From Lytechinus pictus (lineage: Eukaryota): DNA of 64,000 nt. The translations under genes were made by a program, and so were the position numbers. The stretch is from the NCBI RefSeq assembly GCF_037042905.1, contig NC_087245.1:38318001-38382000 (forward strand). Direction: 5' to 3'. The notes beneath the pieces are model-generated. The model ran no database searches. It saw nothing but the letters and a program-made list of their open reading frames with translations, and was not told where the DNA came from. Of the stretch, positions 1 to 12,729 are shown piece after piece (position 1 is the stretch's first letter; each line of letters opens with the position of its first letter).

Positions 1-645
1 TGAACAAGGTTATGATATAACCTTGTTCTCAGTTATATCTCCATGTGTGGCAAAATAAGGATGGCAATGTTTGGCTTATTTTCTCCGTTTCTTTAGGACA
101 AATGCTTGATTTTTTTACACTGACAGTTTTCATTACACCTATTCGTCATACAACTTGGCCCTTTAGTAAATTTGATTCTTTAAATTATTTTTTTCTTAAT
201 TAAAAATAGAGATAAAAAATGAAAATTTTCTTGCCATATTATTTTCCACCAATAGAGGGCGTACACAAAAATATGCCCAAAATTCAAGTTTTTGAGCGCT
301 CTAGTGAATACAAAAATTATTCCCAAGTTACAAATGAAAAATAGATTGCAACTGTATGGAAATTAGTAATTTTGGTCACAAAAGTGATATTTTAATCATT
401 TTTTAAAGTGTGTGCTCTGTACAGCATTGGCATGCCATAGTCCAACCTGTAGATTCCCCACAGGCAGGATGGTTGCAGTGAACAAGTGGAAAATAGAAGA
501 AAATAATAGGAAGACAACTGAATATAATTTGAGGGGAAGGCTTAAAAAACAAAATCTTTCATTTTAGTATGTAATATTTTCGCTGGCACTTTGCGCTCGC
601 ATTGCCTGTTCGATGAGATTCATATCTTGCTCAATATAGGCTGAT

Positions 646-1636
646 ATGGAGCTTGAAATATCAAGTTTTTAAGTCAATATACAAAATATATTTCAGCTCG
701 GACATCGAGCTTTCATTATTTTCTTTTTTTTACAAATTGATTTTTCAAGTGCTCTGTAAAATGTCCGTTTTATGGTTAAAATTTTCAGCCCACGCTGCAC
801 GGTCGCATTACTTCATATGCCAAGTTCCTATTGTCTTCGTGTAGCCTATTCCATAAATAAAGTTCTCAAAATATCCCTTTTTAGATGTGATTGTCAAACT
901 GTAGGCCTATCAGCCATTATTTCATTATGAGGTCATGAGTTGTGGTGAATGATTTCATTTAGTTTGGAATTTTGAGTAATTAGTGACACGGAACTACTTA
1001 TTTTATTTGTTGTAGTACAATAATAAAATAGAGCATATATGATGCGTCAATTATCTAGTTGCATATTCAATGGCACACTATATATTACCATGGCTTTAGC
1101 TCCAGCTATGGAGCTTGAATTTGAAATATCAAGTTTTTTATACCTTTATACCGCATCTACTGGAAAAATACAGTTGTGTCTGCAGTCGAGTTTATGTCAA
1201 TGTCAATGTACAAAATATATTTCAGCTCGGACATCGAGCTTTCATTATTTTCTTCTTTTACAAATTGATTTTTCAAGTGCTCTGTAAAATGTCAATTTTA
1301 TGGTTAAAATTTTCAGCCCATGCTGCACGGTCGCATTACTTCATATGCCAAGTTCCTATTGTCTTCGTGTAGCCTATTCCATAAATAAAGTTCTCAAAAT
1401 ATCCCTTTTCAGATGTGATTGTCAAAACGTAGGCCTATCAGTCATTATTTCATTATGAGGTCATGAGTTGTGGTGAATGATTTCATTTAGTTTGGAATTT
1501 TGAGTAATTAGTGACACGGAACTACTTATTTTATTTGTTGTAGTACAATAATAAAATAGAGCATATATGATGCGTCAATTATCTAGTTGCATATTCAATG
1601 GCACACTATATATTACCATGGCTTTAGCTCCAGCTG
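646..1636. repeat. Tandem segmental duplication, ~530-bp period
   Basis: Near-identical blocks, e.g. gtagcctattccataaataaag at 841 and 1369. Confidence 0.92.
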
Positions 1637-1820
1637 CTCAAGGCGCTTAGTGCAATCAAGGAATTAATCCTGCCGGGTACCCATTCACCTCACTTGGGTT
1701 GAGTGCAGCACAATGTGGGTAAATTTCTTGCTGAAGGAAAACATGCCATGGTTGGGATTTGAACCCACATCCCTCCGATTGAAAGACGAGAGTTGTAACC
1801 ACTAGACCACGACACCCCCA
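1550..1820 (-). mobile_element. tRNA-derived SINE (family 1)
   Basis: Revcomp head ggggtgtcgtggtctagtgg...gggttcaaatccc (A/B boxes); body cacattgtgctgcactcaacccaagtgaggtgaatgggtacc. Confidence 0.85.
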
Positions 1821-1959
1821 TCATCCAACCTGGTTAATTTAGAGACTGGCTAATTAATGCTTTCTTTTGATGAAAATTGCAATTTACTTCTTCACAATAT
1901 GTTTGCTTTTTATACAAATTTGATTAACTGGTAGTCCACTTTTCCATGTCTTATTTCAG

Positions 1960-2097
1960 CTTTTCCAGATACTGTATTTCTTTGTATGCTGCGTGACGGA
2001 CCTGATCCTTACATCAGGTAGCAGAACTAGAATAGGGCAGACTTTTCTTGGCCTAAGAGATTGGTTTTACTGCTCTGTAGCATTTCCAATAACATTG
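1960..2097 (+). CDS. AIG1: AIG1-like exon
   Basis: ttatttcag|CTT TTC CAG ATA ... ACA TTG|gtaagt, 46 codons; an alternative in-frame acceptor at 1969 is possible. Confidence 0.85.
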
Positions 2098-5000
2098 GTA
2101 AGTATAAGGGAGCAAAGGGCAGCGATCACAATAATACGATACCGGTACCACTCTTTTCCTTTAACACAGGGGTACTCCAGGCTGAAAATGAATAATTGGG
2201 GGTAAAATTCACCAAAGAAAACACTGAATATTTCATTAAAATCAGATAAAGTTATTGAATTTTTAAAGTTATAGCACTATTGTGTGAAAACAGTTCCATA
2301 CTTGCTGTCATAAATCTGGAATAATTATGCTGCTGATGCCATGTGACTTTTATGAAATCATATTCATACAGTATATAAAATGTCTTTATTGTAACAAAAT
2401 AATTAAATAAATCAATAGACAATCCAAATATTTTCATTTTTGGAGGATAAAAACTCAATAAATATACTAGTTCACCAGTTGACAGTAATACTGGGCCCCA
2501 TCTTACAAAGAGTTATGATTGATCCAATCAATCGTAACTCTATGGAAATCCATCAATGCCATAATTTTTTCTTTAGAAAATTTACACAATGTCCTTTGTA
2601 AACAAAGAAAAGCACAGTAAATTTTCAAGAAAACAATCAATGCATGATTATACATCATAGTTAGAAAATATTTTGAACAAACATGTATTTTAGATCTTGA
2701 CGTTGCTGGCTTTCCATAGTTGTGGTTGATCGGATCGATTGCAACTCTTTGTAAGATGGGACCCAGGGGCCCGTTTCTCAACACCGTCATAAGTCTAACT
2801 TCTTGACTAAATCGGAGATAGTGAGCTACTTGTCCGCTAACCGTTTCACGAAGCCCTCTTTACCAAGATCGGGTACAACAACCTCACTAAATATTTATGA
2901 CACCTCCGAACCTGTCATAACTTCTTTCTTAATGACGTAGTGGCATCACGTGGATAGACTATGACATGCAAAAGTGCCTAGAAATTTTAAAATTATAATC
3001 TTACGTAATCAATCATAGAGGTTGAAATTACATCACAAAACAAGTGGGTTAATGCATTCAATGATAATTGTAATACAAAGAAACTATAAAAACTGTTGGT
3101 AAAACGCCACAAAACCATTCATTTTGAAATAGTAAAATGATTTAATTGATAAAGATTGTACCACGTCAGGCCATCCATAACTGAACTCGTATTTGTTGTT
3201 TTCAAACCCCTATTAACAGTTGAATAAGTTCTATCTCTAATTTATGCATATAAATTGTCAAATATCGTATGTTTCGGTAACAATGATTAAAAACGTTTCG
3301 TTAAACTGTATTTTGATGACGTTTGGAATCGTAAAAAAACGTATAATTATCATCATTTTACAAAGAAAACCGTAATGGTTTACTTTCGTAAACTATTAAA
3401 ATTGGATATCCCGGGGGTACCCATCTCAACGTCCACAAGTGATTTTTTTGTCATGCAATGAATTATTCATAATTTAATTTTCTCTGCAATTGAATGCTCC
3501 AGTCGTCATGGTCTAAGTATGTATGATACTTAATTCACCTGTGTTATTATTTTGAAAAGATTTATTTCCCAATTCATCACAATATTTGCAATTTTGTCAT
3601 AATTTTTCTTTTTGAAAATTATGCTGTTTTGTGACTAAGGCTACGTCTCGTCTGCTCTTTTTACCGATAGTATCGATATCAAGGTATTCTAGTTAGGAAG
3701 CCTTTCGAGAAACAGGTTTAGAAAGATTGGAACTAACTCCGTGGTTGGTGGATAAAGATATGACTAACTTGTCCATGTGTTGAGAAACGGGCCCCTGGTC
3801 AGTTCTGGTTGTATTCTTCCATAGTTCTCAGAATCATTACCTGCAGGTGAATACTGATTAATACCCTGAGACCTATGCCAAACTGGTCAAGATAGTGTTA
3901 CGTCCTTTGGATTTTCCAATGTACACCATTTCCGAAATCATTTGACCTCCTTAGTTTGTCTCTGTCATGTTTCTCCTGTTCAGCTAGTTGGATTGATGTA
4001 CTGGGGTATCTACGCTATAGATAGAGAGTTGATCTACCCTGTACGGATCCAAGATGTGTATCCTATGTGGCTTAGTCACTGTATGGTATGTACTAATCGC
4101 TAATTTTAATTTTTACATTTTTATTTGGGATTTCCAATACATAGAGAATACAGAGAACTTACAAACAATTCAGTGTTAAGAACAATGACATTGTCGTGTT
4201 GCATGATCAAGAAAATAGAACCTGGGTCCCCGTAACACAAAGGTTAGCGATTGATCGTACGCTCGATTTTCACGATCGATTGTACATTCTATTCAATGCA
4301 ATCAATCGTAGAAAAAATGTTCTAAGATCATTGCTAAGTTTTGTGTTTTACGGGCCCCTGGATGAGAATTGGAGAGGCTGCCTTGGTATGGAAAAGGTTA
4401 ACTCAATAACCATAACCCGCAGGTGTCGCTTCCGAAATGATTAATTATGATAATGAAAGACTTAATAGTAGGCCATTTCATTCGGTTGGGGCAACAAATA
4501 ACAGTGATACGACATTTGTCCCTGCAACTATTGCCCCCGGCTTTATTCCATCTAAGTTATAGGGTTAGGGTTGCAATAGGGTTCCATGTTATGTTTGGGG
4601 TTTAGGGTAGGGTATTATAGTGTTAAATCCAGGGTTGAAATTGGTCATCCAATTCGTGTGTGGAATTTATAGCATAGCAATCGTTGCCGGAGCAAATGTC
4701 ATTGAATCCAAATATCAAGATGCCCATGTAGTTTAGGTAGAATGTAGGTATCAACTGTTTCATTTCATGATAAAGTTCAATTCAGATGTGGCTCTAAAGT
4801 TTTGACGTGTCAATAAGAGGAAGGTCTCCTACCATATGTTTGGATTTGAAGGATCTGTTGTAGTTCAAATTATTTGTTCCAGAGCTGCTACATGGAGATC
4901 ACATTTCATTAGCAATAGACTCTCGGTTCTAAAATTGCAATTTGTCTTGTTTGAAATGGACAGCATTTTTTTTTACTGAAGATTTTTGACAGATACTTCT

Positions 5001-6588
5001 CTTAGTTATCTAGTTTGAAGTTTTTAATTCTGTGATGTCACAAAATTGCCATATAAATCCTGTGCATCCTTGCATTGTGGCTTGGACATCGTATGTAGTG
5101 CGTTAATGATAATTTATGATTATGTATGGTTATGCAAATGAAATTGGCATGTGTATTTTGATGATACCCTTTGTTTGTATCATGCAGCACACCTATATAG
5201 TTTTCATTATGCTGCTTGAGGCATACTTGTTGAAGCATAAACAACCTTCGAGGAAATCAGGAATGCTTGGCTTACTTGTCGTTGGCTTGTCTTATTTATT
5301 ATGGTAAGTAATCTCAGTATCACAAGATTTTGATGAAGGGTCAGTAACGGGGAAGAGGGGGTGGGTTACTTTGATAAAAACATTGTGGGATTAAAATATT
5401 GTCCCCTAAAACCGGTTTGTTCAAAATATGACTCCCTAAAAGGGCTTTCACAATTGCTCTTATGATCGTTTGCGATTATTTGGTCACAATATATGTTGCA
5501 CAGAATCGCAACAGTTGTAAGCAGTTGCACCACCAATTGTGAAAGGGGCTTAAACACACGATACAACTATACAGTGCGTCCCACAAAAAACGAAACCGAG
5601 ATTTATCATAACTTAATCACAAATACAGTAGATTCGCTGAATCTCGGTTTCGTTTTTTGTGGGAGGCACTGTATAAAATCAGACATTAACCACATTGCAT
5701 ACCAAGCTTTATGTATGAAATGGGAATATCAAGAACTAATTGGACCAGGTACTTAATTAGACACCTTTTCCAATGGTGAACACAATTTTCATAGCCTGTT
5801 AACACTGAATTTACACTTGCCAAACTCTACTAAGAAATGGATGAGAGTAAATTGTCTTCTTGTTTAAGGTCGTAAGTTTGAACAATGACTGCATACTCTT
5901 CTTTAACTCCAAATTTTGTTTGAGGCTATGAAATTAAATAATATACAAATGGCAAATAGGCGTGAGTGCATTGGTGCGAGATTTTGCACAAGTTGAATAG
6001 AGATTTCTTTCTTTCACCAAATGCGAAATCTCGCACCATTGCACAAATAAGAGAATTTGCTATTTGTGTTGTACAACGCTTCGGAAGTTAGCGAAAATAG
6101 GAACAGTAATTGATTTTTCCCCAACGTAAATCTATGAAAATAGGATTTAACATTTAGAAAGTGAAAAGCAAAATCCCTCAAACGCGGATCTGATATGCAG
6201 CAGCAATGCGCATTTAGCCAGTAAGCTGGGTGCATTTAAAACAACGCACTGAATCATAAATTTGTATAGTGACGTCACCTTGTTCCTGACCGTGCAACGG
6301 AACATCATGAACGGTACTTGTGCAAGGGTACAAATGTATGACATTCAGCCCCCCATTTGCTTGCGTACAACAAGCTAAGTAGGCGTTGTACAATAACTAA
6401 ATATTGCATTTTGTAAACATTTGATGTTCCTTGCAGGATGCTTTACCTAGGTTTTGTGAAAGACTTATGGGTGTATCCTTTCCTGCAAGAATTAGAAGGC
6501 ATCTACTTTGTCATCTTTGTATTGGCAACTGCATCCTTCCTAGCAGCTTTGTACTTTGCAGCTGAGCGGTGCAACCTAGTTTTTGGAA
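1960..6588 (+). CDS. AIG1: AIG1/ADTRP-family (FAR-17a/AIG1-like) multipass membrane hydrolase, partial: exons 1960-2097, 3984-4085, 5188-5303, 6437-6588
   Basis: Spliced translation LFQILYFFVCCVTDL...LRDWFYCSVAFPITL|LVGLMYWGIYAIDRELIYP...WLSHCM|HTYIVFIMLLE...KHKQPSRKSG...YLLW|MLYLG...WVYPFLQ. Matches recalled AIG1 motifs LRDW..AFP, YDRE.IYP, NHGMHT, YPSR..G, WVYPFL. AIG1 versus ADTRP orthology is not resolved. Confidence 0.88.
2493..2764. mobile_element. MITE family A (GGGCCC termini, CWG flanks; Harbinger-like)
   Basis: TIR gggccccatcttacaaagagtt; related copies near 15035, 15580, 28612, 38220, 58192, 60620. Confidence 0.85.
2767..3795. mobile_element. Non-autonomous DNA transposon (Harbinger-like)
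   Basis: TIR gggcccgtttctcaacac ... gtgttgagaaacgggccc; cag/ctg flanks. Confidence 0.8.
3984..4085 (+). CDS. AIG1: AIG1-like exon
   Basis: ctgttcag|LVGLMYWGIYAIDRELIYPVRIQDVYPMWLSHCM|gtatgt. Confidence 0.9.
4224..4358. mobile_element. MITE family C
   Basis: gggtccccgtaacacaaaggttagcgat ... tgtgttttacgggccc; copies near 17530, 30545, 7948. Confidence 0.8.
5188..5303 (+). CDS. AIG1: AIG1-like exon
   Basis: catgcag|HTYIVFIMLLEAYLLKHKQPSRKSGMLGLLVVGLSYLL(W)|gtaagt. Confidence 0.9.
5572..5671. mobile_element. Tc1/mariner-type 100-bp MITE
   Basis: ta|cagtgcgtcccacaaaaaacgaaaccgagatt ... aatctcggtttcgttttttgtgggaggcactg|ta. Confidence 0.85.
6437..6588 (+). CDS. AIG1: AIG1-like exon
   Basis: ttgcag|G MLYLGFVKDLWVYPFLQELEG...NLVFG A|gtgagt; read-through would stop at 6642-6644. 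Confidence 0.85.
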
Positions 6589-6641
6589 GTGAGTATTCAT
6601 TTAAAATTAAAACATCTTTTAAAACCTGTCTGAAGCATTGG

Positions 6642-6875
6642 TAGGGACAGTGATTTTCCGTTTTACCGGTAAATAAAACGGAAATTCCATTTGTTTCTTA
6701 CACTCTTCATGTAAAAATTCATGGAATTTAACTTTGCAAAACGGAATTCAGGTGTTTGTTATGTACATTTTCAGTGACAAAACGGAATTTCCATTTTTAG
6801 ATCAAGTTGAAACGGAATTACAGATTTTCAGAAACGGAAAAGGCCATTTTTTTAAACGGAAAATCACTGTCTCTA
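6642..6875. mobile_element. MITE
   Basis: TIR tagggacagtgattttccgttt; flanking duplication cattgg. Confidence 0.8.
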
Positions 6876-7148
6876 CATTGGTAAATGGTTTACATGTATA
6901 TTAATGTGAGTTCTACTCGAGTATCATCTGACATTCAAATACTACATAAATGTAGTTGTCATTGACCGTTTCCCCCGTTGGAATTTAATTTTTGGCATTT
7001 GTCCAGCTGATTTAGATTTAAAGCTAGCTCCTATAACAATTTATGCATGTAACAAAGTTGGTATTTTGATATATGAAAGCTAATGACAAAGATTATATCC
7101 TGAAATTTTCAGCCCATTCTATGCTTGAGAAGATGGTTTAAATAAACA

Positions 7149-7370
7149 TAACAATAATAATGATGATGATAATAACAACAACAACAATAATATAATAATA
7201 ATAATGATAATAATGATAATAATGATGATGATAATGATGATAATGATGATAATAATGATAATAATGATGATAATGATAATAATAATGATGATAATAATAA
7301 CAACAACAACAATAATAATAATGATAATAATGATGATGATAATGATAATAATAGTAATAATGATAATGAT

Positions 7371-7406
<36 letters not shown>

Positions 7407-7446
7407 AATTATAATAATAATGGTAATGATAATGATAATAATAATG
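7149..7446. repeat. (AAT/GAT/AAC)n compound microsatellite
   Basis: Directly visible. Confidence 0.95.
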
Positions 7447-7620
7447 TGACTTGTAAAGCACCAAATCCACTCTGTGGAGTGCTCAAGGCGCATGAAGAGC
7501 AAGGAGTTAAATAAAAGAGTTTTGAGAAGATTTTAAAAAGTCTCGACAGTGGTACTTTTTTTTATGTCTTCAGGAAGGCTATTCCACAAAGTGGGGCACG
7601 CATAAGCATATGATCTCCCC
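7446..7620 (-). mobile_element. Decayed L2/CR1-like LINE 3' end
   Basis: Revcomp reads approximately RSYAYACPTLWNSLPEDIK, followed by the AAT-type microsatellite. Confidence 0.65.
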
Positions 7621-8015
7621 CCCCCCCCCAAGTTTTTTAAACTTGGGGGGGAAAGCATCAGTTAGGCACCAGTGGACCGCTTGGTGTGAATTTGGCCCAT
7701 TCATAACTAGATTATTGATCCACCTTTCTTTTACCGTTCTGTTTTATTACAACAAACTGAATGCTCGGGTGATCCCTCTGTAGTTTCCTATTTGTGTTGT
7801 TGTCCGTGATTGGTCGCAAGTGGTGGTATTTTCTTTCATTGCTTTTTTCCCCCAGAAAACAAACCTGATCCTGATCTCATGTATTCCAAGATTGATTGAG
7901 GAGCATTCCATCCCAGCGATCATCAACCTGATGAGTTTCAACAACCTGGGCCCTGTAAAACAAAGGTCAGGGTTCCCAGCTTTTCAAGAAAACAAAATCC
8001 CCTGATGAAGTTTAA

Positions 8016-8610
8016 AGGTCAAGTCCACCCCAACAAAAAGTTGATTTGAATTAATAGAGAAAAATCAAAGTACCATAATGCTGAAAGTTTCATCAAAATC
8101 GGATGTAAAATAAGAAAGTTATGACATTTTAAAGTTTCGCTTATTTTTTACAAAACAGTGATATGCACAACCCAGTGACATGCAAATGAGACAGCCGATG
8201 ATGTCCATCACTCACTATTTCTTTTGTTTTTATTGTTTGAAGTATACAATATTTCATTTTTTACAGATTTGACAATAAGGACCAACTTGACTGAACCATA
8301 TAGTATTAAACAATGCTAACTCCACATGTTCATAGAGGATTTGATTGTTGTTTCAGTTGACAATGAGGAGAAAACTAGAATATTTCATAGAATATAATAC
8401 AAAAGAAATAGTGAGTGGATGACGTCATCAGTCTCCTCATTTGCATATCGACCAGGATGTTCATATAACTGTTCTGTGAAAGTAAGCAAAACTTTAAAAT
8501 GCCATAACTTTCTTATTTTATATCCGATTTTGATGAAATTTTCAGTGTTATGCTTGTTGGATTTTTCTCTTTTTATTCAAATCAACTTTTTGTTGGGGTG
8601 GACTTGTCCT
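8016..8610. mobile_element. TTAA-flanked non-autonomous DNA transposon (Kolobok-like, family E)
   Basis: ttaa|aggtcaagtccacccc ... ggggtggacttgtcct|ttaa. Confidence 0.82.
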
Positions 8611-9292
8611 TTAAAAATTCCCTGATAATTGTTTAAACCCAATCCCAGTTTCGCATGTTTTCTAAGTTGTTGCAGTGAATTACATGTATTTTTGGTATAA
8701 AATCAATAATGTAAAACTAATTAGTGCCACCATAACCAGTCATTCAATGGATGTTGTTTTGATATGCAACAAAATATAACAGAGCCTGACTGACTACCGT
8801 GCTTTCGACTTATGGGCTGATCAAAATTCCCTGATTTTTTCCCTCATTTGAGGCATTTTCCCCCTGATTTGAGGAATTTTTAATCAAATTTCCTGATTTT
8901 TCCCTGACTGGAAAAATGTAAAATAAGTTCCCCTGGAACCCTGAAGGTTAGTGATTATTCACTTAATGAAACAGCCTATCAAGATCATCGTTGCATGTGC
9001 ATTTTGCTCAGTAGACTGACAAGGAACCAATCAGAATTGCTCTTTCAAATTAACAATTAATCGCCAATCTTTGTGTTATAGGCCTTAGGCCTCTTTTCTG
9101 AACTGGGATTTAATTTAAACTCTGGTCTTAAGTCATGAATTAACTATGGATAGCCAATTGTGACAGGGTATCTCTAGCAGTACAAGTGAAATTTGTAAGC
9201 TCATTTGACACTCAAATCATGTTCAACTGATGGGGAATGATTACTGAAATTATTCTCTTTGTCATTAAAACATGAGGAAACTGCCAATTAAG

Positions 9293-10806
9293 CATTGGCG
9301 GCGGATGCCAAAGTTTAGGGGGGTCCACCTGAAATTTTGGGATGGACACAGGTAAAAAATTTGACAAGCAAAAAAAAAAGGTTATCAACCAACAAGTGGA
9401 ACGCCTCTGGCAGTCTCGCCTGCATTACGCAATTTAATATAGCAGCAGTGCTAACTTTGAAAACTACTATAAAATAATCATTCACAAAAACATCATTCAT
9501 ATAATGACATAATACCACGTTCATTGACCATAAATTACATTTGAACGGAGACTTAAGACTGTCAACTACACCCATGTCCACATTTCATTCACTCTATCCA
9601 TAAACTTTCAAAGTTATGATGGCACTTCAACAATTACCCCAACATGGCCCAAGTTTATTGACCTTAACTGACCTTTGACTTGGTTTTGTGACCTGAAACT
9701 CACAGGGGATGTTCAGTGATGCTTGATTACTCTTATATCCCAAGTTTTATGAACTAGACCCATAAACTTTCAGAGTTAGGATGGTAATTCAACAAATACC
9801 CCAACACGGCCAAAGTTCATTGACCTTTAATGACCTTTGACCATGGTCATGTGACCTGAAACTCGTACAGGATGTTCAGTGATACTTGATTACTCTTATG
9901 TCCAAGTTTTATGAACTAGATCCATAAACTTTCAGAGTTAGGATGGTAATTTAACATATACCCCCAACACGGCCAAAGTTCATTGACCTTAAATGACCAT
10001 TGACCATGGTCATGTGACCTGAAACTCGCACAGGATATTCAGTGGTACTTGATTAACCTAATGTCCAAGTTTCATGAACTAAATCCATAAATTTTCAAAG
10101 TTATGATGGTAATTCAACAAATACCCCCAACTTGGCCAAAGTTCATTGACCCTAAATGACCTTTGACCTTGGTCATGTGACCTGAAACTCAGGCAGGATG
10201 TTCACTAATACTTGATTAACCTTATGTCCAAGTTTCATGGACTAGATCCATAAATTTTCAAAGTTATGATAGTAATTCAACAAATACCCCCAACTTGACC
10301 AAAGTTCATTGACCCTAAATGACCTTTGACCTTGGTCACGTGACCTGAAACTCGAGCAGGACGTTCACTAATACTTGATTAACCTTATGCCTAAGTTTCA
10401 TGAACTAGGTCCATATACTTTCTAAGTTATGATGTCATTTCAAAAACTTAACCTTCGGTTAAGATTTTGAAAATAATTCTCCCAACATGGTCTAAGTTCA
10501 TTGACCCTAAATGTCCTTTGACCTTGGTCATGTGACCTGAAACTCAGGCAGGATGTTCAGTAATACTTGATTAACCTTATGTCCAAGTTTCATGAACTAG
10601 GTCCATATACTTTCTAAGTTATGATGTCATTTCAAAAACTTAACCTTAGGTTAAGATTTGATGTTGACGCCGCCGTCGCCGTCGGAAAAGCGGCGCCTAT
10701 AGTCTCGCTCTGCTTTGCAGGCGAGACAAAAACTTAGGGGGGGCCGTCCCCCCACCTCAAATTTAGGGGTGGAAGATTCCCCCGTCCCCCGCTTCCGCCG
10801 CCTATG
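9293..10806. mobile_element. hAT-like MITE hosting the Helentron-like element
   Basis: TIR cat(t/a)ggcggcgga; 8-bp TSD caattaag/caagtaag. Confidence 0.7.
9391..10732. mobile_element. Helentron/HINE-like non-autonomous element with internal ~163-bp tandem repeats
   Basis: Subterminal inverted gtctcgcctgca / tgcaggcgagac; gtgacctgaaactc recurs at 9851, 10014, 10177, 10340; fragment near 26492. Confidence 0.7.
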
Positions 10807-11581
10807 CAAGTAAGATATGCTTTTTTTGAAATTTTTGGCTTCCCGTAATTTTAACACAGAGTTAGACCATGGCCTAAGTTAAAAAGGACTTCGGAATACG
10901 GGCTTACGGGTTTTATAATCAGACATGGTTGAACAAACTCTGCATCAATTTTTCATGCATGATGCTAGCCTGATGGAATATTGGGCCTTTAAATAAGTGT
11001 TTTTAATATGTATTATGTATATTGGGAATCATGTTTGTAAATTCAAAAAAATATTATAGTGGAATATTTTCAGTATAAGAATGTGACATTTGACCTCTGA
11101 CCTTGAGATTTTCCAAAACTAATCAGATTATCATCACTCCTATATGCATGCATTACCTAAGTTTGATGTTGATCTCTCAAACTGTTCTACAAGTTTATGG
11201 TAATAAAAAAATACGGGACAGACATACTTTGCAAAAAAAAATTGATATAGGGCGTTATATCGTACTTTTGAGAAAATACCTGATAGAATGTCTTTCTTTC
11301 TTACTCTTGTTGTGTACATGCTGTATATTTTGTTTGTATGAATTTTGAGGAGAGCCTTTATACAGAAATCACATCCTTTAGGTCATTCCCAGGCATTGGT
11401 TGGTGTAAATGTTATTGTTTCATTTGAGGCTATTGTTATGTTATTATATGTCATATGTTCCTGGAAAATAAACAAACATAAACATTATATACTTGTTGGT
11501 CACTTATGGGCTGTACAAATTAATTTTGCGATTCTGGAATTTATGTTTGGACATAAGGACAAAGAATATTTCCAATTCAAA

Positions 11582-12665
11582 CAGTCAGACTGCAGGTCCC
11601 AAGAAAGTGGCTTCTTTCATCCAAGTGATATTCATGACTTGAGATGTTTTGCATATTTAATGAGCTTGATGCGGACCAAAACACCTCTTTTCATTCGGTC
11701 ATTGCTGCTCTAATTGTGCATCGAATTTCATGAATTTGGTACCATTGTAAAGACGAAGAATCATTCTTTTAGGTCATGTGTTTGGATTTATTCAAATATT
11801 TTGTAATATAGGTTAAAATTTTGATCTAAAATATGCTGCAAAATAAATATTTTCACCTGACAAAAGCTGCTATTTTCACACTTTATTTTTGTTTGAGCCC
11901 AAATTATTTTTATATCATGATAAAGCTGAATATGTATGCTTTGAAATGATATAGGTCTCAAAATAAGAATAGGTTTAATCGGGTCAAGATCACACTTTTC
12001 ATTTGCCAAGTACATAAAGCAGTTTGAAAACAAGAATACTGCAGTCTGATTGGTCAAAGAGACCACACAATGGCAAATTCCAACGGTCCCAGTGCCTGGG
12101 TTTGTGGGAAGGTCACACTTCCCATGTGGTAATCTCCTCAAATACCCCGCGCCTGTAGTTCTGTGAACCTTATCCAGCCAATCAGAACTCTGGATTTCAT
12201 GCAAGTACAAAATTTCAGAAATCTCGTCTTGTACCTTGGTGGGAAAAGTGTGATCTTGACCCGATTAAAAGGTGCCGCATATCAAGAGTGGCATTGTGAG
12301 AAAGTACAGAAATTCAGCTTTATGGTGATAGAGATATCATTGAGGCTCAAAATAAAAAGTTTTGCACAATTTGCAAAAGAAAACAGGGGAAGAAAATTCA
12401 GTTTTGAGGCACATTTTCGGGCCAGAAATTTACTTATTTAACAAAATATTGTATACAAAATGAATAACCAATATGAAAGAGTAACTTTTACTCTATCTGA
12501 TGGTGCAATAATATTTCATTTAACTTGAGGTTAAAACAGGTAAATTCTTAGAGAAAGAAAATCTCACGAATCACGAGATTTTGCAAGGAGGAGGATTCAG
12601 CCACGAGATGATTTGGATGAATCTGGCCTTTTTGCTCATTAGCACAGGGACCTGCGGTCTGACTG
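11582..12665. mobile_element. Non-autonomous DNA transposon with nested MITE (11976-12268)
   Basis: TIR cagtcagactgcaggtccc / gggacctgcggtctgactg, caaa flanks; inner TIR cgggtcaagatcacactttt. Confidence 0.75.
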
Positions 12666-12729
12666 CAAACAAACTTCGCAGCTGCAGTGTCTTTCATATT
12701 ACATGTGAGGTGTTATTTGTATGAATTAA

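Noticed and set aside
7109..7502. Poly-Ile/His/Met ORFs
   Set aside because: Translation artefacts of a trinucleotide microsatellite.
7784..7809. Candidate last AIG1-like exon (tgtag|..SYLCCCP*)
   Set aside because: Phase-compatible but too short and without homology support; not distinguishable from chance.
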